This document shows, one piece after another, positions 27,154 to 40,229 of a stretch of DNA of 64,000 bases. The notes below the pieces were generated by a model that saw only the letters and a list, made by a program, of their open reading frames with translations, was not told the origin of the DNA and made no database searches. Source of the stretch: the human T2T-CHM13v2.0 reference genome, Homo sapiens. The position numbers were made by a program, and so were the translations under genes. Position 1 is the first letter of the stretch, and the number at the start of each line of letters is the position of its first letter. The stretch is taken from the NCBI RefSeq assembly GCF_009914755.1, contig NC_060925.1; one strand, 5' to 3'.

Positions 27154-27310
27154 CAGACAAGTCATATTTCAAAATATTAAAGTTAAAAAATACTTGCATA
27201 GTCAATAAAATGTTGAGATTGTATTTTAAAATCAGACAAATCATATTTCAAAACATTCAGTTTTGAATGCTTACATAGTCAATATAAATTTGATATTATA
27301 TTGAAAAACT
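27154..27310. repeat. Diverged ~79-bp tandem duplication
   Basis: CAGACAA(G/A)TCATATTTCAAAA...CATAGTCAATA at 27154 and 27233. Confidence 0.8.
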
Positions 27311-27788
27311 ATCATGGAAGTAAGTAGTTTTACCCTATTTACAGAAATTTAAAAAATAATTTATTAAAAAAGATTATTACTGGTGTCATAAAGAATACAA
27401 AATGCACTAAATTTTAGAGTTCTCAATTATTAGAATTTATTATTTGCTAACATTCCCAATTTAAAATATTTCATTTAGTGTTCTATTAATGTTGCCCATC
27501 TACTGTATACGTTTAAAATCTTTGCATAAGTTCTCCAAAGTGAAAAAAGTATAGCTTTCAAAATATACCAATAGTGTAAAATATCAAAACGAAAATAAAA
27601 TGGAACAGAAATTTATAATTCTAAAGAAAACATAAGGATTTTCTCAAATATGTCTTTAAACTACCATTCTATATTAAGAATTACAACACAACTGTCAATT
27701 AATTTAAATAACTCAGTATGAAAACAGAAAATGTGTGTTCATAAAAAAAAATTGTAAAGTGTAATAAATTTGGATAGGTTTCCTCAAA

Positions 27789-28190
27789 ATTCCCCTCCCT
27801 CCCTTCCTTCCTTCCTTTCTTCATTCCTTCCTTCTTTCTTTCCTTCCTTCTTTCCTTCCTTCCCTCCTTCCTTCCTTCCTTTCCTCCTTCCTTCCTTCCT
27901 TTCTTCATTCCTTCCTTCTTTCCTTCCTTCCCTCCTTCCTTCCTTCCCTCCTCCCTTTTCTTTACTTCCTTCCCCTTTTCCTCTTGCCTTTCTTTTCTCT
28001 TTTTTCTTTCTTTCTCTCTCTCTTTCTTATTTCATCCTTTCCTTCTTTCCTCTGTCTCATCCTCTTTGTCTCTTCTCTCTCCCTTCCTTTTTTCTTCCTT
28101 CCTTTCTCCTTTCTTCTTTCCTTCATTTTTTCCTTCCTTACTTCTTTCCTCCCTTCTTTTTATTTTCTTGTTTCCTTTCTTTCTGTTTTT
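27789..28190. repeat. ~400-bp polypyrimidine (CCTT/CTTT)n tract
   Basis: The plus strand is almost purely C and T. Confidence 0.97.
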
Positions 28191-28573
28191 TAAATCAATG
28201 ATGTACACACAATTCTAAAACAGTGTTAACACACAGCCATTGGGAAACTAATAAACTACTAAATTGACATCATTTCTGATATCTGATAAATTGTTATACA
28301 TTGGAAAATGAGATAGAAGCAGAAGTTTAAATGCTATTTAAATTCAGTAGTTTAGAAAAGACAAAAAAAAATTGGATAATCATTTAGCATACTGCTTAAC
28401 CCTCTTACCAAAATATTAAAATTTTCTCCATTCAAAGAATTATCTATTATCAAGGCTGCTTTAAAAATTACTTTTACTTAGGCTATACAGATTAACAGCT
28501 TTAGTAACATTTCTAAATATAATAATTCTGGTTATACGATCTTTAAAAACAGTCTTTAAAATCCAATTTTTAA

Positions 28574-28974
<401 letters not shown>

Positions 28975-29049
28975 AAACTAAATCTTAATTTCCTCTCTCT
29001 TCCTCCTAAAATTCCTAAGAAACAAGAATACTACTTGATGCAAACAATC

Positions 29050-30390
29050 TTTGGAAAAACAGAGCTATAGAACAACTTCTCAAATGCAAAATAACTTCTA
29101 ACGCTGTGGAAATAGAAGGTAGCTTCTTCAACTTGGTAGAGACCATCAACAAATACCCCTCAGCTAAGATCATACATAATGGCAAAATACTGAAAGCTTT
29201 CCCTCTAAGATCAGAAAGCAAACATGATGAATATTCTTGCCACTCCTGTTTAACATTGTACTGGAGGTTCTAGCCAGGGTAATTTGGAAATAAAAATAAA
29301 CAAAATTAAAATGCACCTGTATTGGAACAGATGAAGTAAACTATCACTTTTTATGAATGACATAAACTTATATAGAGAAAATACTGGTGTCCACCAAAAA
29401 AAAAAAAAAAAAAGGAAAAGAAAAAGAAGCTACAGAACTATGAGAGCTAATAAATAAGTTTAGAGAGGTTACAGGATACAAGATAGATATACAAAAATCA
29501 ACTATATTATACATGAACAATAAAAAGTTTAATAAAGAATTTAAGAAAACAATTCCACTCACAATAGTATAAAAAATTAAATACATAGGAGTAAAGTTAA
29601 ATAAATTTCACAAACTATAACCTGTAAAATACAAAATATTTTTGAAATAAATGAAATACTTAAATAAATAGACAAGTAATGCTTATGAATTGCAAGACTT
29701 AATGTTGTTAAGATGGTGATTTCTCCAAATTTAACTACACATTTAACACAATCTCTGTCAAAATTGGTGATAGCTTCTCTGCTCATATTGACAAGTTGAT
29801 TCTAAAATTCATGTGGATATCAAAAGATCCAGAAAAAAATATATAGAATAAAAGAAACAAAGCATATTTATACTTCCTGCCATATAATATTACTTCAGAG
29901 CTACAGTGTCCACGCAGTGTGATATTGGCAAAATGATAGGCATATAGATCAACAGAGTAAGTTTCTGATTCCAGAAATAAACCCATACATCAATGGTCAA
30001 TTTATTTTCAACAGGGGTGCCATGACCATTCAATGAGGACAGAATTGTCTGTTCAACAAATGGTGCCAGGTCAAATGTATATCAACGTGCAAACAAATTG
30101 GACCTCTACCTGATATCACATACAAAAGTTAACACAAAATAAATGTCATAAGCAAAAAGCTAAAGCTATAAAACTTTTAAAATATAACTTATGTATATAT
30201 CCTTGTTACATTAAATTAGACAGTGGTTTATTTCCTATGGCACTTAAAGCATAAGAAGTCGAAGAAAACATAAATTGGAAAATTGGACCTCATCAAAATT
30301 AACTTTTGTGTTTCAAAGGATGTTGTCAAGAAAGTGAAAAGACAACCCATATCTTTGGTTGAACATTTGGAAAATATTTTCAGATTATCT
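29050..30390 (+). mobile_element. Old L1M ORF2 fragment (RT to C-terminal region)
   Basis: AAAGCTTTCCCTCTAAGATCAG, AACATTGTACTGGAGGTTCTAGCCAGGG and TTCAACAAATGGTGC motifs. Confidence 0.85.
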
Positions 30391-30401
30391 AAAACCTCTT
30401 T

Positions 30402-31945
30402 GTACTGGCATAAAAACAGACATATGGACTAATGGAACAGAATGGAGAGCTCAGAAATAAATCTGCACATTTATGGTCAATTAATCTTCTACAGTGGGGC
30501 CAAAAACACACAATAGAGAAAGGACAGTCTCTTCAATAAATAGTGCTGAAAAGCTGATATCCACATGGAGAAGAACAAAATTGGACACATCTCTTACAAT
30601 ATGCAAAAATCAACTCAACATGGATTAAAGACTTAAATATAAGGCCCAAAACTTCAAAAATTCTAGAAGAAAATATTTTCAAAAAGCTTTTTGACATTGG
30701 TCTGGACAATGACTTTTTGGATATGACAAAAAAAGCAGAGGCAAAAAAAAAATAAAAATAAACAGGATTACATCCGACTAAAAAGATTTTACACAGCAGA
30801 GGAAACAATCAACAGACTGAAGAAGGAAGACACAGATTGAGAGGAAATATTTGCAAACCATATGTCTGATAAGGGATTACTATTCAAAATACAAAAGAAA
30901 CTCCAAAAACTCAAAGGGAGAAAACAAATAACCCAATTAAAACAATGGGTAAAGGACTTCAATAGATATTTCTCAAAAGAAGATATACAAATGTCCAACC
31001 AGTATATGAAAAATTGCTCAACACTACTAATCCTTAGAGAAATGCAAATCAAAATCACAATGAGACATTATCTCAAATGTTTGTTATCAAAAAGACAAAA
31101 GACAACCAGTATTAAAGAGAATGTAGAGAAAGGGAACCTTTTTATATGGTTGGGGGGAATGTAGTTTTGTACAGCATTTATGAAAAACAGTGTGAAAGTT
31201 TGTCAAAAAACTAAAAATAGAACTACCTAATTAGCAATTTCACTTCTGGGTAAATATACAAAGGAATCAACATCAGTATGCTGAAGAAATATCTGCACTC
31301 CCATATTCATTGCTACATTATTCATATTTGCCTAGATGTGGAATCAACCTAAGTGTATATTGACTGGTGAATGAATAAAGAAAAAAATATATATACATCA
31401 CAGTGGAATACTATTCAGCCTTATGAAAGAAAGAAATCCTGTCAGTTGTAACATCAGTGATCAGTGAACCTAGAAGGTATTAAAGTAAGTAAAATAAACC
31501 AGGCACAGAACAACAAATACTGCGTGATCCCACTTGTATGTGGAATCTAAAAAAGTTGAACTCACAGAATCAGAGTATAGAACACTGATTGTTAGAGGCT
31601 GGTGGAGGTAGGGGGTGATAGGAAAACGTTGGTCAAAGGGTAAAAGTTTTTACAAGATGAGTAGTGTCAGGATGTATTGCATATTATGTGACTGTAGCTA
31701 ATAATAATGCAACGACCAGTGTAGTGTATACTTGAAAATCTCTGAGGGTATACCTTAAATACTCTCACTACAAAAAATGGTATGTGAGTTAGTGGATTTA
31801 TTAATTCGTTTGAGTTAATCATTTCACAATTTATACCTCTATCAAAATATCACATTGTATACCATAAATACATATGATTTTTGTCAATTATACCTTAATA
31901 AAGCCAGAAAGGTATACTAAATATAATTAATTATAATAAAAAAAT
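30402..31945 (+). mobile_element. L1MA7-9-like 3' part (ORF2 end plus 3'UTR), a separate copy
   Basis: Restarts at GTACTGGCATAAAAACAGACA, repeating ORF2 sequence already covered upstream. ORF 30862-31164 (FSKEDIQM...REMQIKITMRHYL). 3' end GTCAATTATACCTTAATAAAGC. Confidence 0.88.
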
Positions 31946-32611
31946 CCTAAAACTTCACATTTTTTTCACCCAACATTGGGTCATTAATATTTACTGTCCT
32001 GCAGTAATACAAATTTGTCAGTATTCCTCCAACATAGTGACAACAGTATTTCCTAAAATTGTTTCTGGAAAACAAATGGGTTAAACATTATATGGTTTTA
32101 AAAATATTAATTGCTACACAAATGTTAAGTATTATCAATGTATTTTCATATCTATTAAAATGTTGGTAACATTGCTTCTATAAAGACAAACACTGAAATT
32201 ATAAGTGAGAATGGACATTGTACACCATATCAAGTAAGGAAAAATAAATATATTTCTTTGTATTAAAAAAGTTTTCCATGACTAACTTCTCTCCTCATGA
32301 TATTAGTTAGAGGAAGACTCAAGACTCATTGATAGCATTTCTGAGTCCTCATATCATTTTTAATTCGTCTACTAAATTTTACAGTTTTCTTTTTACATTA
32401 ACAAAACACAAAGATAATCTGAATTTTAAAAAGTTAATGTTGAAAGATTAAACACAGAAATAGGTAATGGGTCACAACAGGATTTTGAAGAATATTGTTG
32501 GTCAAGATAAGCATCTTCAATTATAAAGTTCCAGTATGGACAATGATACAATTTAACTCCATAGTTGTGAGGTCCGCTGGTTTGCAGCAGCATTTCTAGT
32601 TAAGTAATTTT

Positions 32612-32626
32612 ACAGCAGGTGGCACG
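32612..32626 (+). promoter_or_regulatory. Candidate CTCF motif
   Basis: ACAGCAGGTGGCACG matches the core CCASYAGRKGGCRS at all but the first base. It lies in sequence with no repeat I recognise. Motif only. Confidence 0.4.
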
Positions 32627-34454
32627 GTATTCATATGTGTTGGGCATCCAGAACAAACTAAGATTGCAATAGTCTAAATAGAAAGACCCACAAGGCTTCA
32701 ACAACAAGATAGAAAAAAGGGTTCGCTTGGGTGAAAAATATCTCCACTGTTACAGCTGGAAAACTTGAAGTGAATAGAGATATTATTTCAGGATCTATCT
32801 TAAACTCCTCTGCATTACTCCACAGTGAGTCAAAAATAATAAACTGGTGAAAAGCGAAGAGTAGGGTAATTGAAGTCATTATTTTGAACATATCTTAAGT
32901 AGATATCATTATTCCTCCATTAAGTTATAAGAAAGTTTAATGAAGAAAAAAACCTAAGAGGAAAAAATAAACTTGGCAAAGCAGAGAGAAAAAGACTCAG
33001 GTGAGGAGGCAAGATTTTGCAAATGTGCCATTATTACATTCTGTGAGCATATCACAAATTATTCAATGATTGCTCATGAAGATTAAAATAATCTTACGTA
33101 TTTTCCCCTCTGAGACATACATCACTGATGAACACCTGGGATCTGAGTGGATTTAATGCAAATCTTTCTGAAATCCAAAAGAGAAATCTATTAAAAAGAC
33201 ATACACTAAATACGAAAGTGCCATGTAGCATTTTAATACACTCAAAATTTCATATAGTAGCCAATAAATTAATAACTTCACTGGGACATTGGAGAGAATC
33301 TAAGTGGTAAGAGTCTCATATACCTTCTGCGTAACCAAACTGTGACTTAACTGAAATGTTGATGACCGTATACGGCTGTGAGAAAGAGTTACAGTAAGAT
33401 AGCTGATTGTTTAAATAGAATTAAATGTGATTTTGCATAAATAAGTATACTGCAAGTTTTATATACTTAAATATTAAGAATACTAAGAATGACAGAGGAA
33501 AATAAAGTACTCCATTATGGAATATTTGGCATGTTTGATCACCATTTTTGTGATGCTATTGGCAAACTTTTTCTCTAAAATATTAGAAGAAGACAGGGAA
33601 ATATAATTATTTAAAAATAGAATAAATAGAAATGTACTTTATATGAAACATTAAATACAAGATTTATTATTTAATAAACTAAAAGTGTTTATGGTAAGTG
33701 CAAGTCAAACCAAGATCAGTTTATTCCTAACAAGCAATCTGGACTCCATTAGTTAAATATCCACTACCCATATCCAGTATAAACACAAAACAAAAAGCGA
33801 TATCCTGAATCCTCAAGAATGCCTGATCTTGGGATTTGACAAGTCTGGCCTTGTGTATAGACAGGTTGTTGAATAATTAATGAATTTTATTTTAAGAACT
33901 TGCTTTTCCTGAATCATAAAATATTTTATGGGGCCTCAGGAAAAATTACAGCCATAACTTATATGATTGGCTTCACATTACTTTCTTGTGTGTTTTGTTC
34001 TTTATGTGTATCTTATTCATATATTCCATATTTTACAGAAAATCTGGCAGAAACTAGCTTTAATTTCTATTAATATTGTTAAAATAATTAAAACATTATT
34101 TTAATGATATAAAAGTATAAAATATCTATTGTTTCTCTTTCTGAAAGGGTAAAAGTACACCTATCACTTTTCAAAATACTGTTACCACACTCATTTCCAA
34201 ATTATACTGGCATACTATGGAAGTCTAAAATAATATGAAATTACCCTTCAAATATTTTAGGATTAATGAAAATATTAATTAAATTTAACTCTTCATATAC
34301 TGTTTGCTATAATGGTCAAATATTAACTGAGAAGTCACTCACTAAAACAAGGTCACTCTAAAAACAAATGTATTCCCATAAACAAGGGATTATGCACTAT
34401 CCCATATATGATCTGAATTAAATGTCATCAAAAATATTAACTGTATTTATTACT

Positions 34455-34958
34455 TTTAAAAAATGTATTTTAAATGATTAATAGCATATATAAATAGGGT
34501 AAAATTTTATGATACATGTACACATGCAAAATGATTAATTCAGACTAATTAACATATATGTCACCTCCCATACTTATAATTTCTTTGTGATGAGAACATT
34601 TAAAATCCACTGTTTTAGCAATTTTGAAATATGCAATACATTACTATTAACTATAGTCACTATGCCATGCAATAAATTAATAGCATTTATTTATCTGTTC
34701 TAACTGAGACTTTGTACCTTTTGACTCAAATCTCTACTTCTGTCATCCACCCCTTTCCCCAGCCACTGTTAACTACTATTCCGTACTCTTACTTCTACAA
34801 GTTCAACTGTTTCCAATTCTGTATATAGGTGAGATCATGAAGTATTTGTCTTCCTGTGACTGTGTGACTGGCTTATGTCACTTATCATAATGTCCTCTAT
34901 GTTCATCCATGTTGTTGCAAATGACTTGATTTCCTTTTTTTTAAAGGCTGAATAGTAC
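34455..34958 (-). mobile_element. L1MA 3'UTR
   Basis: Antisense TGATGAGAACATTTAAAATC...TTCATCCATGTTGTTGCAAATGAC...AAGGCTGAATAGTA. Confidence 0.88.
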
Positions 34959-35156
34959 TTTTTTTTTTTTTTTTTTTTGTTTTTGAGACAGTCTTACTCT
35001 GTCTTCCAGGCTGGAGTGCACCTCCCCGGCTTAAGGGAAACTCCCACCTCAGCCTCCCAAGTAGCTTGTGTCACCACACCTGGCTAATTGTTTTGCCGTG
35101 TTGCCCAGGCTGGTCTTGAACTTATGGGCTCAAGTGATCTACCTGCCAAAGTGCTG
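34959..35156 (-). mobile_element. AluJ-like element with multiple internal deletions
   Basis: Poly-T, GAGACAGTCTTACTCTGTC, CCTCAGCCTCCCAAGTAGC and GGGCTCAAGTGATC...CAAAGTGCTG. The body is only ~170 nt. Confidence 0.85.
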
Positions 35157-35159
35157 AAT

Positions 35160-35335
35160 AGTCTTTTTGGTGTGCTGTTGAATTCAGTTTGCAAGTATTT
35201 GTTGAGAATTTTTGAATTTATGTTTATCAGGAATACTGGCTTGTAATCTGTGTTTTTTGTTGTGTTCTCGTCTAGTTTTAGTATCAGGGTAATAGTGGCC
35301 TCATAGAATAAGTTAGGGAGGATTCTCCCCCCTTC
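35160..35335 (-). mobile_element. L1 ORF2 fragment
   Basis: ORF 35084-35395 contains ILPNLFYEATITLILK...YKPVFLININSKILNK. Confidence 0.88.
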
Positions 35336-36115
35336 AATATTAATAGACTTAAGGGAGAGATAGACTCCAAAACAGTAATAGTAGGGGACTTTCACATCCC
35401 ATTTTCAGCAATGGTTAGATCATTGAGACAAAATTTCAACAAAGAAACAGTGAAGATAAAATACACCCTAGACCAAATGCACCTAACAGATATCTACAGA
35501 ACATTTCGCCCAACAGCTAGAGAATACGCATTCTTTTCAACAGTACAAGGAATATTTCCAGGATAGATAATAATGGCAGGCCACAAAAAAGTGTTAACAA
35601 ATTTTTAAAAATTTAAATCGTATCAGGTATCCATTCTAATCACAGTGTAAGAAAACTAGGAATCAATAACAAGAAAAATTTAGAAAACTCTACAAACACA
35701 CAGAAATAAACAACATGCTCCTGAATAATCAATGGATCAAGAAATAAATTAAGAAGGAAATTTAAACATTTCTTGCAATAAGTAATAGTAAAAACATACA
35801 AAAACTTACAGTAACCAGCAAAATCAGTGTTAAGAGGAACGTTTATAGAAATTAACATCTACATAAAAGTATAAATATTTCAACAAACAACTTGCAATGC
35901 AAGAATTTAGAGGAACAAGATAAACCAAACTCAAGAAGAAAAGAAATAATGAGGATTATAGCAGAAAGAAATAAAATAAAGGTTTGAAAAACAGTACAAA
36001 AATCAACAAAAAAGAGTAGGTTTTTAAAAAGATAAACTTTACAAAACTTTCGTAGGCTAAAACAAGAGTAGAGTAAAATAAATATAATCAGAGACAAAAA
36101 AGTCATTACAAATAA
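35336..36115 (+). mobile_element. L1 ORF2 endonuclease and downstream region, inverted relative to the adjacent fragment
   Basis: ATAGTAGGGGACTTT (IVGDF), CTAACAGATATCTACAGAACATTT (LTDIYRTF) and ATGCTCCTGAATAATCAATGG (MLLNNQW). Confidence 0.88.
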
Positions 36116-36525
36116 TATTTGTACCTCACTATAACTATATGCTACCTCTCTATAACTATATTTTTATATAAATTAAAGGAACTTTATATATATAACGTTC
36201 CTTAAACTCTAGATTATTTTGTAGAAAAAGATTGATAATGAGAATTAAATCACAATATGGTTGTTTACATTATAATATAAATGACTTCAGCTTTTAGAAT
36301 TAATAAACAGCTAAGTTTCTGATTATATGAGATTAATATAAGTAATAATTGTATCTATATATAGTAGCAGCTTTTTCAACCTCTTAAATTTATTTAAGTT
36401 TAAAAATACTCTTTAAAATGAAAATATTCCTTTATAGGTTATATTTATTTTGTCCTGGATACAAAGTCTTTGCTTAACATATGTTCATAATGACATAGCC
36501 CTGTGTTATTCTTCTAGAGCATTAA

Positions 36526-36621
36526 TTATGGTATAGTTTATTATCCATCTAGAATTGTTATGGTATAGTTTATTATCCATCTAGAATTGTTATGGTATAG
36601 TGTATCATCCATCTAGAATTG
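36526..36621. repeat. Minisatellite of 3 x 32 bp
   Basis: TTATGGTATAGTTTATTATCCATCTAGAATTG at 36526, 36558 and 36590. The third copy has 2 substitutions. Confidence 0.96.
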
Positions 36622-36889
36622 TTTTGTGTATATGACACGATAGGAGTCAGGATTCTTTTTACGTTTCATATCAATGGTCAACTCATCTAGTACTATATTT
36701 TTTGAAAATATAATTCTTTTCTCAACACATTTTATTGTCAACTTGGTCATAAAACAAGTGGCCATGCATGAGTAAGTCTCTTGGACTCTTTATTTTAATA
36801 AAAAGTGAGCAAGTTTTGAAAGACTATACACACACATATATATATATGCAAAAATACATATATGTATATACACTATTTTCCCTTTTGAA

Positions 36890-37800
36890 TACCCAGGTGG
36901 CCTATAAATCATAGAAATATGTTTAATCTCAATTACTAATTATCTAATTTATTGTCTAATTAGTGAATGCAAATTAAAACTAGAAAGAGATGCCTTGAAT
37001 AACCACGGTGGGAGAAAATGACAATAAAAAGTATTGGTTGGGAATATGGAGCAATAGAAACTCTTATGTAAAGCTAAGGATAATATGAATGCACACAACC
37101 TCTTTGGCAAACTCTTTGTCAGTTATCACAAAATTTAAAAATACAGTTTTTCTTCCTTATTTGCAGGGGATACATTCCAAGACCCTCAGTGGGTGCCTGA
37201 AACCATGGATAGTACCAAGTCCTATATATTCCTTTTTTTTTTCCATCTTATAAGCCTAATGGCAATTAAGTGACCAAAAAGTCCTAGCACATACAGTGTG
37301 GATATGCTTTACAAAGGGATGACTCACATCCTGAGAGGGACGGATAAAGACGGTATGAGATTTAATCATGTTACTTGGAATACATGCAACTTACAATTGA
37401 TAAATTGTTTATTTCTGGAATTTTCCATTTAATTTTTCCAGATTGTGGTTGATCACTGATAATTGAAACCATGGAAGGCAAAAAATCATAAATAAGGGGG
37501 TCTTCTGTATCTAACCTCCATTATTCAACATTTTACTTCTACAGATATACTCAACAGAAATACATATACATATATATATATTTAAAAACAGATGTACACA
37601 AAATGATTATAACAGCATTTTATTTAATATAACAAAACTAAACCAAGCGAAATATCATTAGTATTCAAAAGATAATTAAGTTATGATATACTTATTCAGT
37701 AAAAATGCATACAATAACATGGGTAGATTCTCCAAATACAAGAGTGAGCGAACACTCCAAACAAAAGAAAACATATAGTTTTTTAATTCAATTTATTAAC
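36890..37800 (+). mobile_element. Ancient L1M(E) 3' remnant interrupted by MER2
   Basis: GAATGCAAATTAAAAC...GGAGCAATAGAAACTCTTA...CTCTTTGGCAAAC motifs. Confidence 0.6.
37144..37507. mobile_element. MER2 (Tigger-type MITE)
   Basis: TA-CAGT...GGGGATACATTCCAAGACCCTCAGTGGGTGCCTGAAACCATGGATAGTACC...AAGGGGGTCTTCTG-TA. Confidence 0.88.
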
Positions 37801-37821
37801 ATTGTAAAATAGAAATAATAG

Positions 37822-38118
37822 GACCGGGGGCGGTGGCTCACAACTGTAATCTCAGCACTTTGGGAGGCCGAGGAGGGCGGACCATGAGGTCAGGAGTTGA
37901 AGACCAGCCTGGCCAATATGGTCAAACACCGTCGCTACTAAAAACAAAAATTAGCCGGGCGTGGTGGCTTACGCCTGTAGTCCCAGGTATTCCGGAGGCA
38001 GCAGAAGAATCGCTTGAACCTGGGAGGCGGAGGTTGCAGTGAGCCAAGATCGCGCCACTACACTCCAGCATGGGCAACATAGCGAGACTCTGTCTCAAAA
38101 ATAATAATAATAATAATC
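37822..38118 (+). mobile_element. AluS (Sg-like) with an (AAT)n tail
   Basis: Full dimer. CATGAGGTCAGGAGTT carries the 2-nt deletion typical of Sg/Sc/Y. Confidence 0.93.
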
Positions 38119-38499
38119 AGTGATAATTCAATTTAGTTTTCCTCTGTGATTTTTAAGGACTGGATTGTTGATATAAGGAGTTACTGTTGTGGTTTTAACA
38201 TTCTATTTCTTAATCAGGCTATTAGTTATTTGAGGTTACTTCATCTTAAGAAATTCATCGATTTGTGCATCTTTATCAATGTTACATTAAATAAAATGTT
38301 TACTTTTGAATTTCCATTTGATTATTTGGTGGACAATCATCCTGAGCCCAAAACAGAACCTTCTGTGCAACTGAAACACAAGACCCTGCTTTCCACTTTT
38401 TGTCTTGATGATGGTTTATTGCCCAGAATTTATATCACAATCTATCACATTCAACCATGTGTCTAAAAGGTTTTAATAAGCATTTCTGGTCTTTTGTTG

Positions 38500-38900
38500 C
38501 ATCTGGGTCCTTAGGTTATTCAGCTGGCTATGTTTCAAGTAACAGAAGTGCCCAGAATGTGTCTGGTTCTGTTTTCTTTGTTTTTATTTTTTTATTTTTT
38601 CCAAATTTCACTTAAAAGTACACATTTTGTGCTATTTTCAGCTCGGTAAAATTTCCCTCAATTTTGAGTTTGATTTTAGTTTTTATAGCAATCACTCCTT
38701 TGAAACACCTGTAATTTGCAGATGGATCTTTGTTTCTTCAGCTCTTCTCTCCTGGTTTTCAGCTCTTCAGCTTTTTCAGTACGCTCATACTCTCTCAGGT
38801 GTGCTCTTAACATCAGCATTAAAATTCCCACAGGCTCCTGGTACTCTTTACTGCCTCCCATTTTATTTTACTTTTACGTCTTTGCTGTGATTTGAATCCT
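38500..38900 (-). mobile_element. Very old L1/HAL1 ORF1 remnant
   Basis: Minus strand gives a coiled-coil stretch (EKAEELKTRREELKKQRS), then across frameshifts LQITGVS, IEGNFTELK and TRHIL. These resemble the ORF1p motifs NIRIIGVPE, IQENFPELK and PRHI. Confidence 0.65.
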
Positions 38901-40229
38901 TCAATCTCATGTAGATTTCTCTTTTTCATGGGCTGTCTTTTTCATGTGACATTTTTCCTATGTCATTTTAAATTTTTCTGTCAAGTTGAAAAATTTTTAT
39001 TTAAAATCTTAAATTCCTAGCCTGTATTATCACTAGGATTATTTTTAAATCTCTCTCCACAACTACATCACCTACTTTAAAGGACCTAAACCTACCAGGA
39101 GCTAATGTAATATAGTCTCGCCAGTCAAGCCTAACTTTCTGCTTCTAACATGTGAGACTTTTCTCTGAACATGGAAATATGGTGAGTAATACAAAACTTG
39201 GTCTCTAGCATTAGGCAAATAGTGGCAGAGTGATTGTTTCCAAACTTCTTACTGATCAGCAGGAATACTGCTGTTTTCATAAATCAAAGCATTATTTTCT
39301 CGTTTAAAATCAATTTAGCTCTTTCTTTTCTTAACTATGTGTAAACATCAGATTTTGGCAATTAGGTTTGATTTTTTAAAATTATTTTTCAACTGATGTA
39401 AGTTTTTATCTTTTAGGTATATCGTTTAAAAGATATCAAGTAGGAATTTAAATTTAGAAGGTTACTAGTAAAACGTAAGACAAATTTTTCTGACCACAAT
39501 TTACATTTTCATTTAAAGTAATTATACTTACTGGATTGAATTTATTTTAGACATCATTAGGCAAGTAAGAATGATTTACTCCATAGCTCACAGCATAACT
39601 CCTTTATGTTGTTTCATACTGTAAAATACATTTTCCTTAAATTCTTAATTTTTCTCTCAATATTTAGAAATATGCATATAGTTTGTTATTTAATAAAATT
39701 CATTTTCAAGACTATCAGTTCTTGAATGGCTTAGTGTTTCATTAATTATAAAAGTTCCATGTACCTAGAAAAAATAATATAGGATAGAAATTAATGAAAT
39801 AAGAATTAGAAGTATTGTAAGAAGTTTTATAAATTTAGCTGACCATCAGAAATGGAGAGTCTAGAACATTTAATGCATGCGTTGACTAGAAAAAAAAAGA
39901 AAAAAATAATAAAACAAAAAAACTTTAAATTTTAGCATTTGGCAATGTCAAAATTGACTTCTATCTAATTGAGGCTTTGTACTAACATCAGTTTTACTCC
40001 ATAAATATAAACAACTATAATTTGTCACCATAAATATTTTTAAAAAATTAAAAGTGAACTTATTAAATTGCCTTTTATAGTGCCATTTCTGTATAAATGT
40101 TATGATTGATTTTTTCCTAAAAATAACTCATTATTAGAATGATCAGACTTATTATTCATGAAGCAATAAATCTGAAAATAAAAGAAGCTGAATATACTTA
40201 TGACCTGTAACAAAAGGGTAACACTTAAG

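Noticed and set aside
27699-28201. ORFs rich in F/L/P/S or K/E/G/R
   Set aside because: Translations of the (CCTT)n tract.
36526-36621. CRISPR-like 32-bp repeats
   Set aside because: Head-to-tail with no spacers, no cas genes and a primate context.
38676-38861. Coiled-coil ORF as a host exon
   Set aside because: Neighbouring frames carry L1 ORF1p-like motifs, so it is better explained as an L1/HAL1 fossil.
39175-39190. Strong splice donor ATG|GTGAGT
   Set aside because: No convincing upstream acceptor or ORF; isolated donors are common by chance.
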